Position numbers and translations under genes: made by a program. Positions 20,105 to 29,127 of a stretch of 64,000 nucleotides of DNA are shown here, piece after piece. Numbering within the stretch: position 1 is the stretch's first letter; the number at the start of each line of letters is the position of its first letter. This stretch comes from Rhodothermales bacterium (lineage in GTDB: Bacteria > Bacteroidota > Rhodothermia > Rhodothermales > UBA10348): positions 368,760 through 432,759 of the forward strand of contig JANQQV010000020.1 of assembly GCA_028284865.1 (NCBI GenBank), written 5' to 3'. The notes under the pieces were generated by a model. It was given only the letters and a program-made list of their open reading frames with translations. It searched no databases and was not told where the DNA came from.

Positions 20105-21775
20105 CTACTGGAGCGCCGCGATTTCTTCCATCAGGCGCTCGTTGATGGTGATCGACGCTCCTTCCCGTAGCTCCGCGACCAGCTCGTACTCCGCCACAAA
20201 CGGCCGGAGACGGCGAGCGATATCTGCTTGATCGCGCTCCCAGTCGGGGGTGATCTGCTGCCGGTCAAGAATGCGGATAGCGGCCCAATCGTCGCGCCGA
20301 CCCACAAACACGGTCGAATCGACGGGCACCGTCGCTACATAGGGGGACCACTCAGGAATCGTCTCCAATCGCACATCGCGCATCTGGATGGGCCAATCGA
20401 CTCCCGATTCGACGGCCGCCTGCAGTGCTTCGGGCGAAACGGCGGTCACCGCGTCAAAGGACAACGATGCCATTCGGCGATTGGCCCAGCCCAGTCGATC
20501 AAAGGCGAGTCGGATGAGAGACGTGTCCACCTCGACCTCTTCAGTTCGAAGAGCCTCCCTCAACTGACGCGCCTTTTCCAATCGGACGCGCCGATCCACC
20601 TCAATCTCCCACTCTTCATCCCGCAGACGCTCTTCCTCTCCGGCTCTCGCAAGAGCTTCATTCCGTAGTGCACGACCCACAGAGGCTGCTGTTCGCTCCC
20701 TGGCTTCCCGCTGAGGGAGTGACTCGAACCAGAAGGCATAGTCACCGGCGGTGAAGGCTTGCATCTCCCCTTCCCACTCATAGGTCAGGAGCGGCGTGGA
20801 AGGATCGACGTCCCGTTTCCATGAGTCGTCAATCCGTGAGACAACCATCCCTCCCAGATCCTCAGGAGTCGGGTCAATCGCATTGATGAGGTCATTCAAT
20901 GCTCCGATGGCAGGCGCGTTGACGGTGACGTCCAACTGGGACATGAACGACTGCACGAACCGGTCACCTTCGAGTCTGCGCCGACGTTGACGGTACTGAC
21001 TGGATAGCCCGCTCCTCCGGGTGAGGTATGCTGATTCTGTCAGAAGCGGTTCCTGGATGATGTTCTCCAGGAAAATGATGTGATAGCCATAGCGCGTCCG
21101 TACAGGAGCAGACCATGTACCCGGCTCCATGCTGAAGGCCATCTCGGCAAAGGCATCGTCGACCGAATAGTACCCGACAGGGCCCAGGTATCCAGCCATG
21201 GAGTCCACGTCCGCCAGCCCGTACACATCACGCGCTTCTTCCAGAAAAGGCACACCAGACTGAAGCCGTGCATAGGAGGCCTGAGCTTGCTGAAGGGATG
21301 TGAAATAAAGGTGCCGGACAACCCGTTTCGACTGGTCCTTGATATACGCCTGGCGAAGCTGGACGTCCGTCGGAGCCGTCATCGTGTCCAGGAGCGCCGT
21401 TTCAAAAAAGCGGGATCCCAGCTCTTCTTTCTCAATCCGAAGCAGCGTCTCGCGGAATGCTTCCGTAGTGTCCCGTCTCTCGACTGAAAACTGCTGGGCC
21501 AACAGAATGGCATCGATCAGCTGCTCCAGATGAGCGGCCCGGGCCACGGCCGTGTCATTCGAGCCCGATCGAACCAGAAAGTCGATGTACGTCTGCTCGA
21601 ACCAGGAAACACTGATTCCAAAATCATCGACCGTAGCCACAATCCTGGGATCGCGATCCGGACCCGGTCCGGCATCGCCTGATCCACAACCGGCGATGAA
21701 CAGCAAAAGCGCCAGGCACCAAATAGGTGCCTGGCGCGAGATGATGCCGTTATGGGGGGCGCGTTTCGTGCTCAC
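20105..21775 (-). CDS. Parvulin-type peptidyl-prolyl isomerase / SurA-PrsA-like lipoprotein
   Basis: Lipobox FIAGC; IVATVDD; rotamase domain VRHLYF...GYLG...FAEMAFSMEPGTWSAPVRTRYGYHIIFL. GTG start lies 1 bp after the PorV-like stop. Confidence 0.82.
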   Translation of the reverse strand: MSTKRAPHNGIISRQAPIWCLALLLFIAGCGSGDAGPGPDRDPRIVATVDDFGISVSWFEQTYIDFLVRSGSNDTAVARAAHLEQLIDAILLAQQFSVERRDTTEAFRETLLRIEKEELGSRFFETALLDTMTAPTDVQLRQAYIKDQSKRVVRHLYFTSLQQAQASYARLQSGVPFLEEARDVYGLADVDSMAGYLGPVGYYSVDDAFAEMAFSMEPGTWSAPVRTRYGYHIIFLENIIQEPLLTESAYLTRRSGLSSQYRQRRRRLEGDRFVQSFMSQLDVTVNAPAIGALNDLINAIDPTPEDLGGMVVSRIDDSWKRDVDPSTPLLTYEWEGEMQAFTAGDYAFWFESLPQREARERTAASVGRALRNEALARAGEEERLRDEEWEIEVDRRVRLEKARQLREALRTEEVEVDTSLIRLAFDRLGWANRRMASLSFDAVTAVSPEALQAAVESGVDWPIQMRDVRLETIPEWSPYVATVPVDSTVFVGRRDDWAAIRILDRQQITPDWERDQADIARRLRPFVAEYELVAELREGASITINERLMEEIAALQ

Positions 21776-21776
21776 A

Positions 21777-22829
21777 TCAGAAGTAAATGCGGAAGTCCAT
21801 GGTCTGCGAGGAGTCCAGAAGATCGAACGGGACGTATGCGTAGTCAAATCCGAAGCGCACACCGGAGAGCTGCAGATCGAGGCCCGCACCATAGGACAGG
21901 TGCGAATCGACATTGTCGATGAACGCGTCCTTGTACCCCGCACGGGCGTTGAACGTCAGCATCCGGGTCATGTACTTGAACTGAGCGCCGAAGTCACCAT
22001 TGAGGTTGTTGTCGTTCGTCTGGTTGGCATCAGCCAGAATGACCAGCTCGGTAGCGTCGGTCTTGATGACCGGGAGCGAAATCCCAAACTTGAACGACAT
22101 GGGCAGATCCCACGCATCCATCTTGATGCGCGCGGGGATGCTTTCTGACGACCCGTCATGCTGCGGATCGAGATCGACCTGGATCTCAGAGTTGATGCCG
22201 CGCATCGTCATCTTCCCGCCGAAGTTCATGATGGAGGCAGCCACCTTGAGACCATTGAAGTAATCCGTCAGCAAGACGAATCCGACATCAATGGCCATCG
22301 TGCGTGCCCGCATGTCCCGAATGGACTGGCGAACAAGCTTCGTGGTACCACCAAAGTAGAAGTTCGGCGTCAGCGGCATGGCGTAGGTCAGACCCACGCT
22401 GAGGTCGGCCGCGCTGAAGGTCTCTCCCGTTCCCTCCGGGCGAGCGATCGTGCGGACCTTCATGGAGCCGTAATCGACCGAGGCGATGCTCAGACCAACT
22501 ACACCGGATCCACCGGCCGGAATGGTCAATCCAGCTGTGTTGTAGGTGATGCCGGCAATCCACTCGTTGTTGGAGAACATCAGGCCACTGCGCTGGCCAG
22601 AGCGATGCGCAATGGCAGCTCCTCCCGGATTCCAGAACAGGGCGTCTGCGCCCGTTGCCGTGGCTGTGTACGCGTGACCGAGCGAAAGACCCGGTGCTCC
22701 AGCTCCAAGCGTCAGGAACGTCGCAGCCGTCGTGCCGACACGACTCTGATCGTCACTCTGCCCCGAGTCCTGGGCATATGTCGATCCAACGAGGGCAAAC
22801 AGGATCAGTAAAGAGATTGTACGTCGCAT
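21777..22829 (-). CDS. PorV/PorQ-family outer-membrane beta-barrel (T9SS shuttle-like)
   Basis: Signal peptide; GTTAATFLTLGAGAPGLSLGHAYTA...ALFWNPGG (PorV/FadL-like N-terminal motif); amphipathic strands ending FDYAY...FRIYF; GGAGG RBS. Confidence 0.85.
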   Translation of the reverse strand: MRRTISLLILFALVGSTYAQDSGQSDDQSRVGTTAATFLTLGAGAPGLSLGHAYTATATGADALFWNPGGAAIAHRSGQRSGLMFSNNEWIAGITYNTAGLTIPAGGSGVVGLSIASVDYGSMKVRTIARPEGTGETFSAADLSVGLTYAMPLTPNFYFGGTTKLVRQSIRDMRARTMAIDVGFVLLTDYFNGLKVAASIMNFGGKMTMRGINSEIQVDLDPQHDGSSESIPARIKMDAWDLPMSFKFGISLPVIKTDATELVILADANQTNDNNLNGDFGAQFKYMTRMLTFNARAGYKDAFIDNVDSHLSYGAGLDLQLSGVRFGFDYAYVPFDLLDSSQTMDFRIYF

Positions 22830-22840
22830 GATGAGCCTCC

Positions 22841-25800
22841 CTATTTGACGACGGCAAATTTGCCGACGTGCTCGCCGATACCGGGAGCCTTGACGTGATA
22901 GATGTACACCCCGAATGCAATGTCCTGTCCTCCGCGGGTCTGAAGATCCCAGAACACAGAACCATTGTCTTCGGCCGAATTATGCTCGATCTCATCCACC
23001 AGTTCACCCCGCAGGTTGAAAATCGAGATGGTTGCCTGCTGAGGCAGGTTGATGAACTGCAAACGACGTTCGCCGCGACCGGATATCTGGCTACGCTGCT
23101 CAAAGCCGGAACCACCCACATAGGGGTTTGGCACAACGCCGATATCATCGAGCTCTTCCTCCGCCAACTGCACGTCCACAAAGGGCTCACGCAGCGTGAA
23201 CTGGAAGTAGTCGCCCGTGTGGAATTCCTTTTTTGGCGTGATGCGCAGGACAGTCCCGGGCCCAGGGGCTGTGGGAGTAGCACCATCCGGAGTTGAGAAG
23301 GACACACGATGCCTGAACTTGCGTTGGAATCCTTCACGATCCACAACGATCAAGTCGTCCTCGACGTCGAATTCGCGGTTGTTGTTGAGATCCTGGATCA
23401 GCAGCTCGACCACCTGATTGGTGGTGGCATTCAAGGCGAAGACCGGTACTGTTCCGTTGAGGAACCCGATTCCGAAACGCGGCAAGCGATACGTCGAATC
23501 CGCCGGGTTCACCCAGTGGACCTCGTAATCGTAAGTCGTTGGAACGTGCAGGCTGGTTGAATCAGGGCGAACATTGGCAATCCAGTTCGTCGAGACACCG
23601 TCCAGCGTTGTGGGGTCAAGGTTCACAAGCTCTGAAGCGGTGCCTGCGCTTCCCACGTAGCCCGTCTGCTCTTCGACAAACTCCAGGGCACCGGCCTGAA
23701 CTTCGTAGTTCTCCACTTCGACGATGAAGCCATCCACCATCGGGGGCTCATCGATCAACGCGTTGTTGCGAACGCGAATCTCGTTGGTTGCCATGTCCAC
23801 GATGTCGAATGTCGTCGTCACCTGGATATCCGCATTCGGATTGTCGCTGTCCTCACTCTTGAAGACGACGCGGTACGGATTGTTGGCCTTGATGTCGGCT
23901 CCTGAAATGATCCGGACTCCCATGCTTCCCGCTCCGACCCCTTCAGTGATCTGGGACAGATCCTCATTGACGGTTCCATCGACGAAACCGGCAGGTTTGC
24001 TTCGAGGAACGACGATAGCCGCATTTTGGGAGACACCGAGGACGTTCCCAGCCAGGTCCACGGAGATGTTGAAGATGTTCTCCTGTGGGTCAATTACCGG
24101 CTGACCGTCCTCCTGGATACCCCGATCGTACGCGACGAGTGCGTAGTAATACGTCATCCCGTTGCTCACGTCATCATCGACGAAGAAGAATGAAAGACCG
24201 GAGTTGTCGCCAAGGTCGTAGACGGCCTCATTTTCCAGGACCGTCACCGGACCTGAGATGTCATTGACCAGATCCCACTGCCCGATCGGCTCCATGAACG
24301 TCGGCGTACCGTCGACATTGGTGATCGTGCGGGCATCGGTCAGCAGTGGGTTCGTTCCCTTGTAGAGGCGGTAGCCCTCGAAGTCGAACTCCTGGCTGAA
24401 CCGGTCGAAGCTGGCCACGGAAGTCGTATCCCACGTGAGGACCACACGACCATCACCCGGAATGGCCGTCAACGTCGGCAGGAATGGAGCCTGAGCAAAG
24501 TTGTAGTCCGCGTCGTAGATGCTCTGGACCGTGCGGCGATTCTTGAAAAAGTCCTGCTCATCCTCACCAAAGACCCAGGCCGTCGAGAAGAAGTCCGTAC
24601 GCCCCGCAAACAGGTTGACAGGTCCCGAAACGAAGAGCAGGAAGGGCTCGATGTCCGCCTCAAAGGCATCTGCAGGCGTTCCGAGTGGGAACTGGGCGAA
24701 GTTCAGGATGCGGTCGAACATCCACGTGTCCTCGCGCAGGTTGTCCCCATTCTCGTAGAATGGACGCGATGAAAGGTCGAACCCAGTCAGACCGATCATG
24801 TCGGATTCTGCCACGTCGAGCTCATCGAAGTTGGGCTCTCCCGGATCGGGCATGCCGTTGGCTTCTCCTTCATCCGGACCCGGATAGTTCAGGTCGAACG
24901 GCCCTTTCCCATCAAGTCCAACGTCGTTGTTCACGGATTCCCCTGCATCCAGGATGCCGTTACCGTTGACATCGTCAAACGCCAACCAATCGAGGTTCTC
25001 ATCACCTGTCCACCACCGGCCGGCCTTGTAGGCTCGGGTTTCGGTCAGCGGGCCGTTGACAGCCTCAAAATTGATCAGGTCGTAATTGTTGGATACGTAC
25101 AGCTGGATGGCATCCTGACCTGCAATCAGCTGGCCCGGTCCACCGAACCGCTGCTCATCGATGATGCCGTCCTCATCGTTGTCCAGACCGTCTTCAGCAC
25201 GCGTCGGGCTCTCAAGGAACGCAAAACCCGTGTATCCCAGGTCATACAGCGTTCCATCCTGACGCTGACCGATTCCGTCCTGGTCCCAGCCATACGTGAC
25301 ATCCTCCTGGGCGTTGAATGCAGCGGTCTCATCACCTTCCTCGTTCCCCAGACCATAGTCCATGATCTGGGTGAAGAACATTCCTTCTGTACCGTCCAGG
25401 TTATAGCGATAGTCCGTCTCTGACGTGTTCGACATCCGATAGAGGATGAACATGACATCCTCAGCAAGGATGTTTGCCCACTGGAAAATGCGGACCTGAG
25501 TCTGCAGTCCCATTCCGCCGATGGTTGAATCCGATGGCGACGGATAGAACACGCCATACTGGGAGTTCGGCTGGCCCGTGACTCGGGAGACGTGATACTC
25601 CCGGTCAGAGTAGTCATCCATTACATAGAAGCTCTCCAGGTCGGCATTGAATACACCACGGCCGAAGAATCCATTCCACTGACCACCCCAGCCCGGATCA
25701 TCGGGGTTGTCGAGGCGATCTGGCCAGATTCCGGGCCAGGAATCCGGATCGTCAGAAAGGGCCGGTACTGGCTCAAGAAGACCAAGCGCGTTGATTCGAC

Positions 25801-26272
25801 GCGTGTTGTGGAAGCCGTCAAGAGGCAACCATCCCCAAAGCTCGCCGCCTGGTCCAAGACGCTTTCCAGCCTCTCGATACGTCAGGATGACCGGGTTGAC
25901 GAGGCTGTCGGGAGCACCATTGTAGAATGGCCACTTTTCACGCTCGGCCCGTACACGTCCAGCGGCCATGATGCCGACACCGTCAATGTGACGACCACCG
26001 ATTCCGCGAGGCCACACTCCCCAAGGGAGGTCATTCCAGCGCGAGAGTTCTCCGTGATTGCGGAAGTTGGTCTCGATCAGGTTACCGTCGAGAATACCGC
26101 GAGCGATCATCTCTTCGCTTCCGCGATATTCGGGAGGAATCTGCGTCTGGGCAGCTGCATCCATCGCGATGATTGACATCACGAGCACGCCCGCCAGCAG
26201 CAGGGAAAGAACGGAGTGGTGAGAAGCATGTCCCACCTGATTGCGCATCGTGCGTTTCATGAAGTTTGACAT
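22841..26272 (-). CDS. Large (1143 aa) secreted protein with Ca-binding Dx[DN]xDG repeats, FN3-like domain and atypical T9SS-like C-terminal domain
   Basis: Signal peptide (AAA-Q); DGLDNDEDGIIDE, DDVNGNGILD and DLNNNREFD; PTLTAIPGDGRVVLTWD...FEGYRLYK...YYYALVAYD (FN3-like); C-terminus VVPNPY...LQFINLP...ISIFNLRGELV...WDL...GVYIYHV...GKFAVVK. Confidence 0.75.
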   Translation of the reverse strand: MSNFMKRTMRNQVGHASHHSVLSLLLAGVLVMSIIAMDAAAQTQIPPEYRGSEEMIARGILDGNLIETNFRNHGELSRWNDLPWGVWPRGIGGRHIDGVGIMAAGRVRAEREKWPFYNGAPDSLVNPVILTYREAGKRLGPGGELWGWLPLDGFHNTRRINALGLLEPVPALSDDPDSWPGIWPDRLDNPDDPGWGGQWNGFFGRGVFNADLESFYVMDDYSDREYHVSRVTGQPNSQYGVFYPSPSDSTIGGMGLQTQVRIFQWANILAEDVMFILYRMSNTSETDYRYNLDGTEGMFFTQIMDYGLGNEEGDETAAFNAQEDVTYGWDQDGIGQRQDGTLYDLGYTGFAFLESPTRAEDGLDNDEDGIIDEQRFGGPGQLIAGQDAIQLYVSNNYDLINFEAVNGPLTETRAYKAGRWWTGDENLDWLAFDDVNGNGILDAGESVNNDVGLDGKGPFDLNYPGPDEGEANGMPDPGEPNFDELDVAESDMIGLTGFDLSSRPFYENGDNLREDTWMFDRILNFAQFPLGTPADAFEADIEPFLLFVSGPVNLFAGRTDFFSTAWVFGEDEQDFFKNRRTVQSIYDADYNFAQAPFLPTLTAIPGDGRVVLTWDTTSVASFDRFSQEFDFEGYRLYKGTNPLLTDARTITNVDGTPTFMEPIGQWDLVNDISGPVTVLENEAVYDLGDNSGLSFFFVDDDVSNGMTYYYALVAYDRGIQEDGQPVIDPQENIFNISVDLAGNVLGVSQNAAIVVPRSKPAGFVDGTVNEDLSQITEGVGAGSMGVRIISGADIKANNPYRVVFKSEDSDNPNADIQVTTTFDIVDMATNEIRVRNNALIDEPPMVDGFIVEVENYEVQAGALEFVEEQTGYVGSAGTASELVNLDPTTLDGVSTNWIANVRPDSTSLHVPTTYDYEVHWVNPADSTYRLPRFGIGFLNGTVPVFALNATTNQVVELLIQDLNNNREFDVEDDLIVVDREGFQRKFRHRVSFSTPDGATPTAPGPGTVLRITPKKEFHTGDYFQFTLREPFVDVQLAEEELDDIGVVPNPYVGGSGFEQRSQISGRGERRLQFINLPQQATISIFNLRGELVDEIEHNSAEDNGSVFWDLQTRGGQDIAFGVYIYHVKAPGIGEHVGKFAVVK

Positions 26273-26274
26273 GC

Positions 26275-29031
26275 TTAGAATGAGTATTGGAGTCCGAGGC
26301 TGACCTGACGAGGACCGGATACCCAGTCCGGACGAGCGAAATACTCGTCGAGGGAGTTCAGCCCTCCGATGGCAGCACCAGTAGCCCGGAATTGCTCTTT
26401 TTCGAGGGCTTCATCCCAGCTTCCCGTCGTGGCATACACCGCAAACTGGTTGGCTCGATCCCACAGATTCTGCACCTGAAGGAAGAGCTGGACATCCTGT
26501 TCGATGAATGGCGGCGTGTAGTAGGCTCGCAGGTCCGTCCAGAATTGAACGGGGCGATTGGCATTGTTCGGGCGCGTTGATCGCACGAAGCCGCGGACTG
26601 TCGTGTACGGCTCACCGGAACGCAGCCTGTTGACCATCGTCAGCGAAAGTCCTTCAATTGGAGCGATCGTGACGGTGCTGTTGAACACGTGGCGTCGATC
26701 CCAATTCAAGCGAACCAATGACAAGATCGGCTCCAGACCTGACTGGGCGCGCCCAAAGGCTTCACCCGGGTCAGAAGACGTTCCCTCTGCAAACTGCAGG
26801 GTGTAATCAAATGTCCAGGAGAGCATTCCGCCCGGACGATCGAACATCGAGAACGTGAAGCCGCGGATCGTTCCGAAGTCGCGGTTGATCCACTGCACGA
26901 CCTGGTCACCGGTTGGCGTCCGATCGATCTCCTGCCCCGTCAGATTGCGGACGTCCTTGGAGAAAATGGTGAGTTCCATTCCAATATCATCCGAGAGTCC
27001 CTGCTGCAGCCCCACTTCGAATGCGAGGGTACGCTCCGGCTCGAGCGCTGCGTTGCCGAACTGCACGCTGCTGGCCTGCGGATTGACCTCGTACTCTGGA
27101 TTGGTGTAGAGCAATGCAAGGGCAGGAATCTGGAAGAAGAGTCCTGCGGAGAAGCGCATCACCCCTGTCGATGAGATCGGGAAGGCGATTCCGATGCGTG
27201 GGCTGAGCTGCATGTCCGGATCCGGCTTCACGCGGTTCGAGATTGAATCCTGGGATGCAGGATCGAAAATGCGCTCCTGCTCTGCCTGGCGCCATTCGAC
27301 TGGCACATCAAAGTTCGAATTGAAATAGTCGAAGCGCAGACCGGCGTTCACGATCAATCCAGTGAACTCCATTTTGTCCTGGATGTAGGCGGCGAACTCG
27401 GTCGGCGTGGCATCCAGTCGGTTGTCGGCGAAACGGTCAGGCGAGATGGCAGGCTGATTTCCCGTGCGGGCCGAACGCTCGATACCGAATGAGCGGTTCT
27501 GCAATTTGTGCAGACGCGTCATGACCCCACCTTTCACGAGGTGACGTTTGTTGATCTGACTCGTGAAATCAGTCAGTATCGTGTGGGTGATCGTCAGCTG
27601 ATCATCCGTGAACAGATCGTTCCCTCCAACATCGAACGCATTCTGGCCGTCCAGATTGCGTTTCTGGGGCCACTGGTAGCGAGGATCCGTCGGGTCTTCG
27701 AACAGATAGTTGTCCCACTTGTCACGAAGCAGGCTGTAGGAAAGCTGTCCGAATGATTTGGTCCCAACTGTGTAGCGAAGAGCAGCGATGTGCGTCTGGC
27801 TGCCATAGTAGCCCGTGTTCAATCCACCAGGCACGTATTTGGCATCGTGACTGTACGGGCTTGTCTTGCCGTCCTGCCAGAACAGGTTGTATTCGAAACG
27901 GGTGTTGCCTGAAAGTCGGGCCGTCAGACCCGTATTGATGGAAAGGCGCTGATTGGTGCCCATGGACACGAAATCACCGTCTCCATTCGATTCAATATTC
28001 CACTCGGCGGAGTCGCGTCCGGTGTTCAGACCTACCGATGAGTCGGCTGGCGCAAAGAGACGGCGGCCAAACTGATTACCATTGTCGTCCAGCCAGCGGG
28101 TCGTGACCTGAAGCCCGACCTTTTCATTCAGGAGCGGGCCACCAAACGAGAACTGGACATCTGTCAGATTCCGCATGGGAGCCAGCTCGTTGTAGGTATA
28201 CGTGTCCGAAACGAAATCAGAAGCGCGCAGGTTGTCGCCAGGACCGGTCGTCCGATTCATGAACTCAAGTTCGCGATCAGAAACAAGCGATCCGGCATAC
28301 GCCAGTACGTTTCCTGACCATGAATCGGGAATATCTTTGGTGACGATGTTTACGACTCCAGACTGGGCCTGCCCGTACTCCGCGTTGAAGACCCCGCTGA
28401 TGACCTGCAGGTTCGAGACCATGTTCTGCTCGATTTCGAAGGAGGCCTGATTGTTGAATGCGTTGTTGATCGGAATACCGTTGATCAGGTAGGCCACCTC
28501 GCCGGAACGCCCACCGCGGAAACGACCATCCACGACACCCGCCTGCAGGTTGATGGCATCGTTGATTCCCAACACAGGAAGGGCTTCAAGCTGCTCCTCT
28601 CCCACGACAGCAGTTGTCGTGGTTCTGTCCGTCTGCACGATGGGGCGCTCAGCCGTGACGACAATCTCCTCCCCTTCCAGAATCTCCTCTCCAAGACGGA
28701 AGTCGACGCGCGTCGTCTGGTCGATGATCACCTCGATGTTCTCGATGAGCTGGGTCTGGAACCCGATGAATTGGGCCCTCACGGCATAGGTACCCGGACG
28801 AACGCGGATGATCACGTACTCCCCGTCCATGTCTGTAGCCGTTCCCTGGGTAGTGCCGTCGATGACCACGTTGACGCCTGGCAAAGGGTCTCCAGTGGCG
28901 GCGTCCACTACGCGCCCAGCAATTTTTCCGTAGATGGCGGCATCCTCCTCAGAGGGACTTGCTGTTGCCGTGAATCCGGTGCCAAGCAAGAGGAATAGCA
29001 GGGCGCCGAGAAGGGGTGACTTTGAAACCAT
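26275..29031 (-). CDS. TonB-dependent receptor with N-terminal CarboxypepD_reg-like domain
   Basis: GKIAGRVVDAATGDPLPGVNVVIDGT; TonB-box-like EEIVVTA; plug RGGRSGEVAYLINGIP...SGVFNAEYGQAQSGVVNIVTK; C-terminal Phe (LQYSF). Start at MVSKS. Confidence 0.92.
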   Translation of the reverse strand: MVSKSPLLGALLFLLLGTGFTATASPSEEDAAIYGKIAGRVVDAATGDPLPGVNVVIDGTTQGTATDMDGEYVIIRVRPGTYAVRAQFIGFQTQLIENIEVIIDQTTRVDFRLGEEILEGEEIVVTAERPIVQTDRTTTTAVVGEEQLEALPVLGINDAINLQAGVVDGRFRGGRSGEVAYLINGIPINNAFNNQASFEIEQNMVSNLQVISGVFNAEYGQAQSGVVNIVTKDIPDSWSGNVLAYAGSLVSDRELEFMNRTTGPGDNLRASDFVSDTYTYNELAPMRNLTDVQFSFGGPLLNEKVGLQVTTRWLDDNGNQFGRRLFAPADSSVGLNTGRDSAEWNIESNGDGDFVSMGTNQRLSINTGLTARLSGNTRFEYNLFWQDGKTSPYSHDAKYVPGGLNTGYYGSQTHIAALRYTVGTKSFGQLSYSLLRDKWDNYLFEDPTDPRYQWPQKRNLDGQNAFDVGGNDLFTDDQLTITHTILTDFTSQINKRHLVKGGVMTRLHKLQNRSFGIERSARTGNQPAISPDRFADNRLDATPTEFAAYIQDKMEFTGLIVNAGLRFDYFNSNFDVPVEWRQAEQERIFDPASQDSISNRVKPDPDMQLSPRIGIAFPISSTGVMRFSAGLFFQIPALALLYTNPEYEVNPQASSVQFGNAALEPERTLAFEVGLQQGLSDDIGMELTIFSKDVRNLTGQEIDRTPTGDQVVQWINRDFGTIRGFTFSMFDRPGGMLSWTFDYTLQFAEGTSSDPGEAFGRAQSGLEPILSLVRLNWDRRHVFNSTVTIAPIEGLSLTMVNRLRSGEPYTTVRGFVRSTRPNNANRPVQFWTDLRAYYTPPFIEQDVQLFLQVQNLWDRANQFAVYATTGSWDEALEKEQFRATGAAIGGLNSLDEYFARPDWVSGPRQVSLGLQYSF

Positions 29032-29070
29032 GGGATCCGGGGATTCCAGTTGAAAAGAACCGTCAACGAC

Positions 29071-29100
29071 GCGGGGCCTGCCTGAGAAGGCTGGCCCCGC
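29071..29100 (-). other. Intergenic GC-rich stem-loop (mRNA stabiliser or partial terminator)
   Basis: GCGGGGCC-AGCCT-TCTC-AGGCA-GGCCCCGC on the minus strand, with no U-tract, between the CBM protein and the receptor. Confidence 0.6.
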
Positions 29101-29127
29101 GTACACTCGACGGAATGTGCGATGTGC

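Noticed and set aside
26275-29031. Calling the receptor SusC
   Set aside because: It lacks a following SusD, and its plug motif (FNAEYG) differs from the SusC-type LKDASA.AIYG signature.
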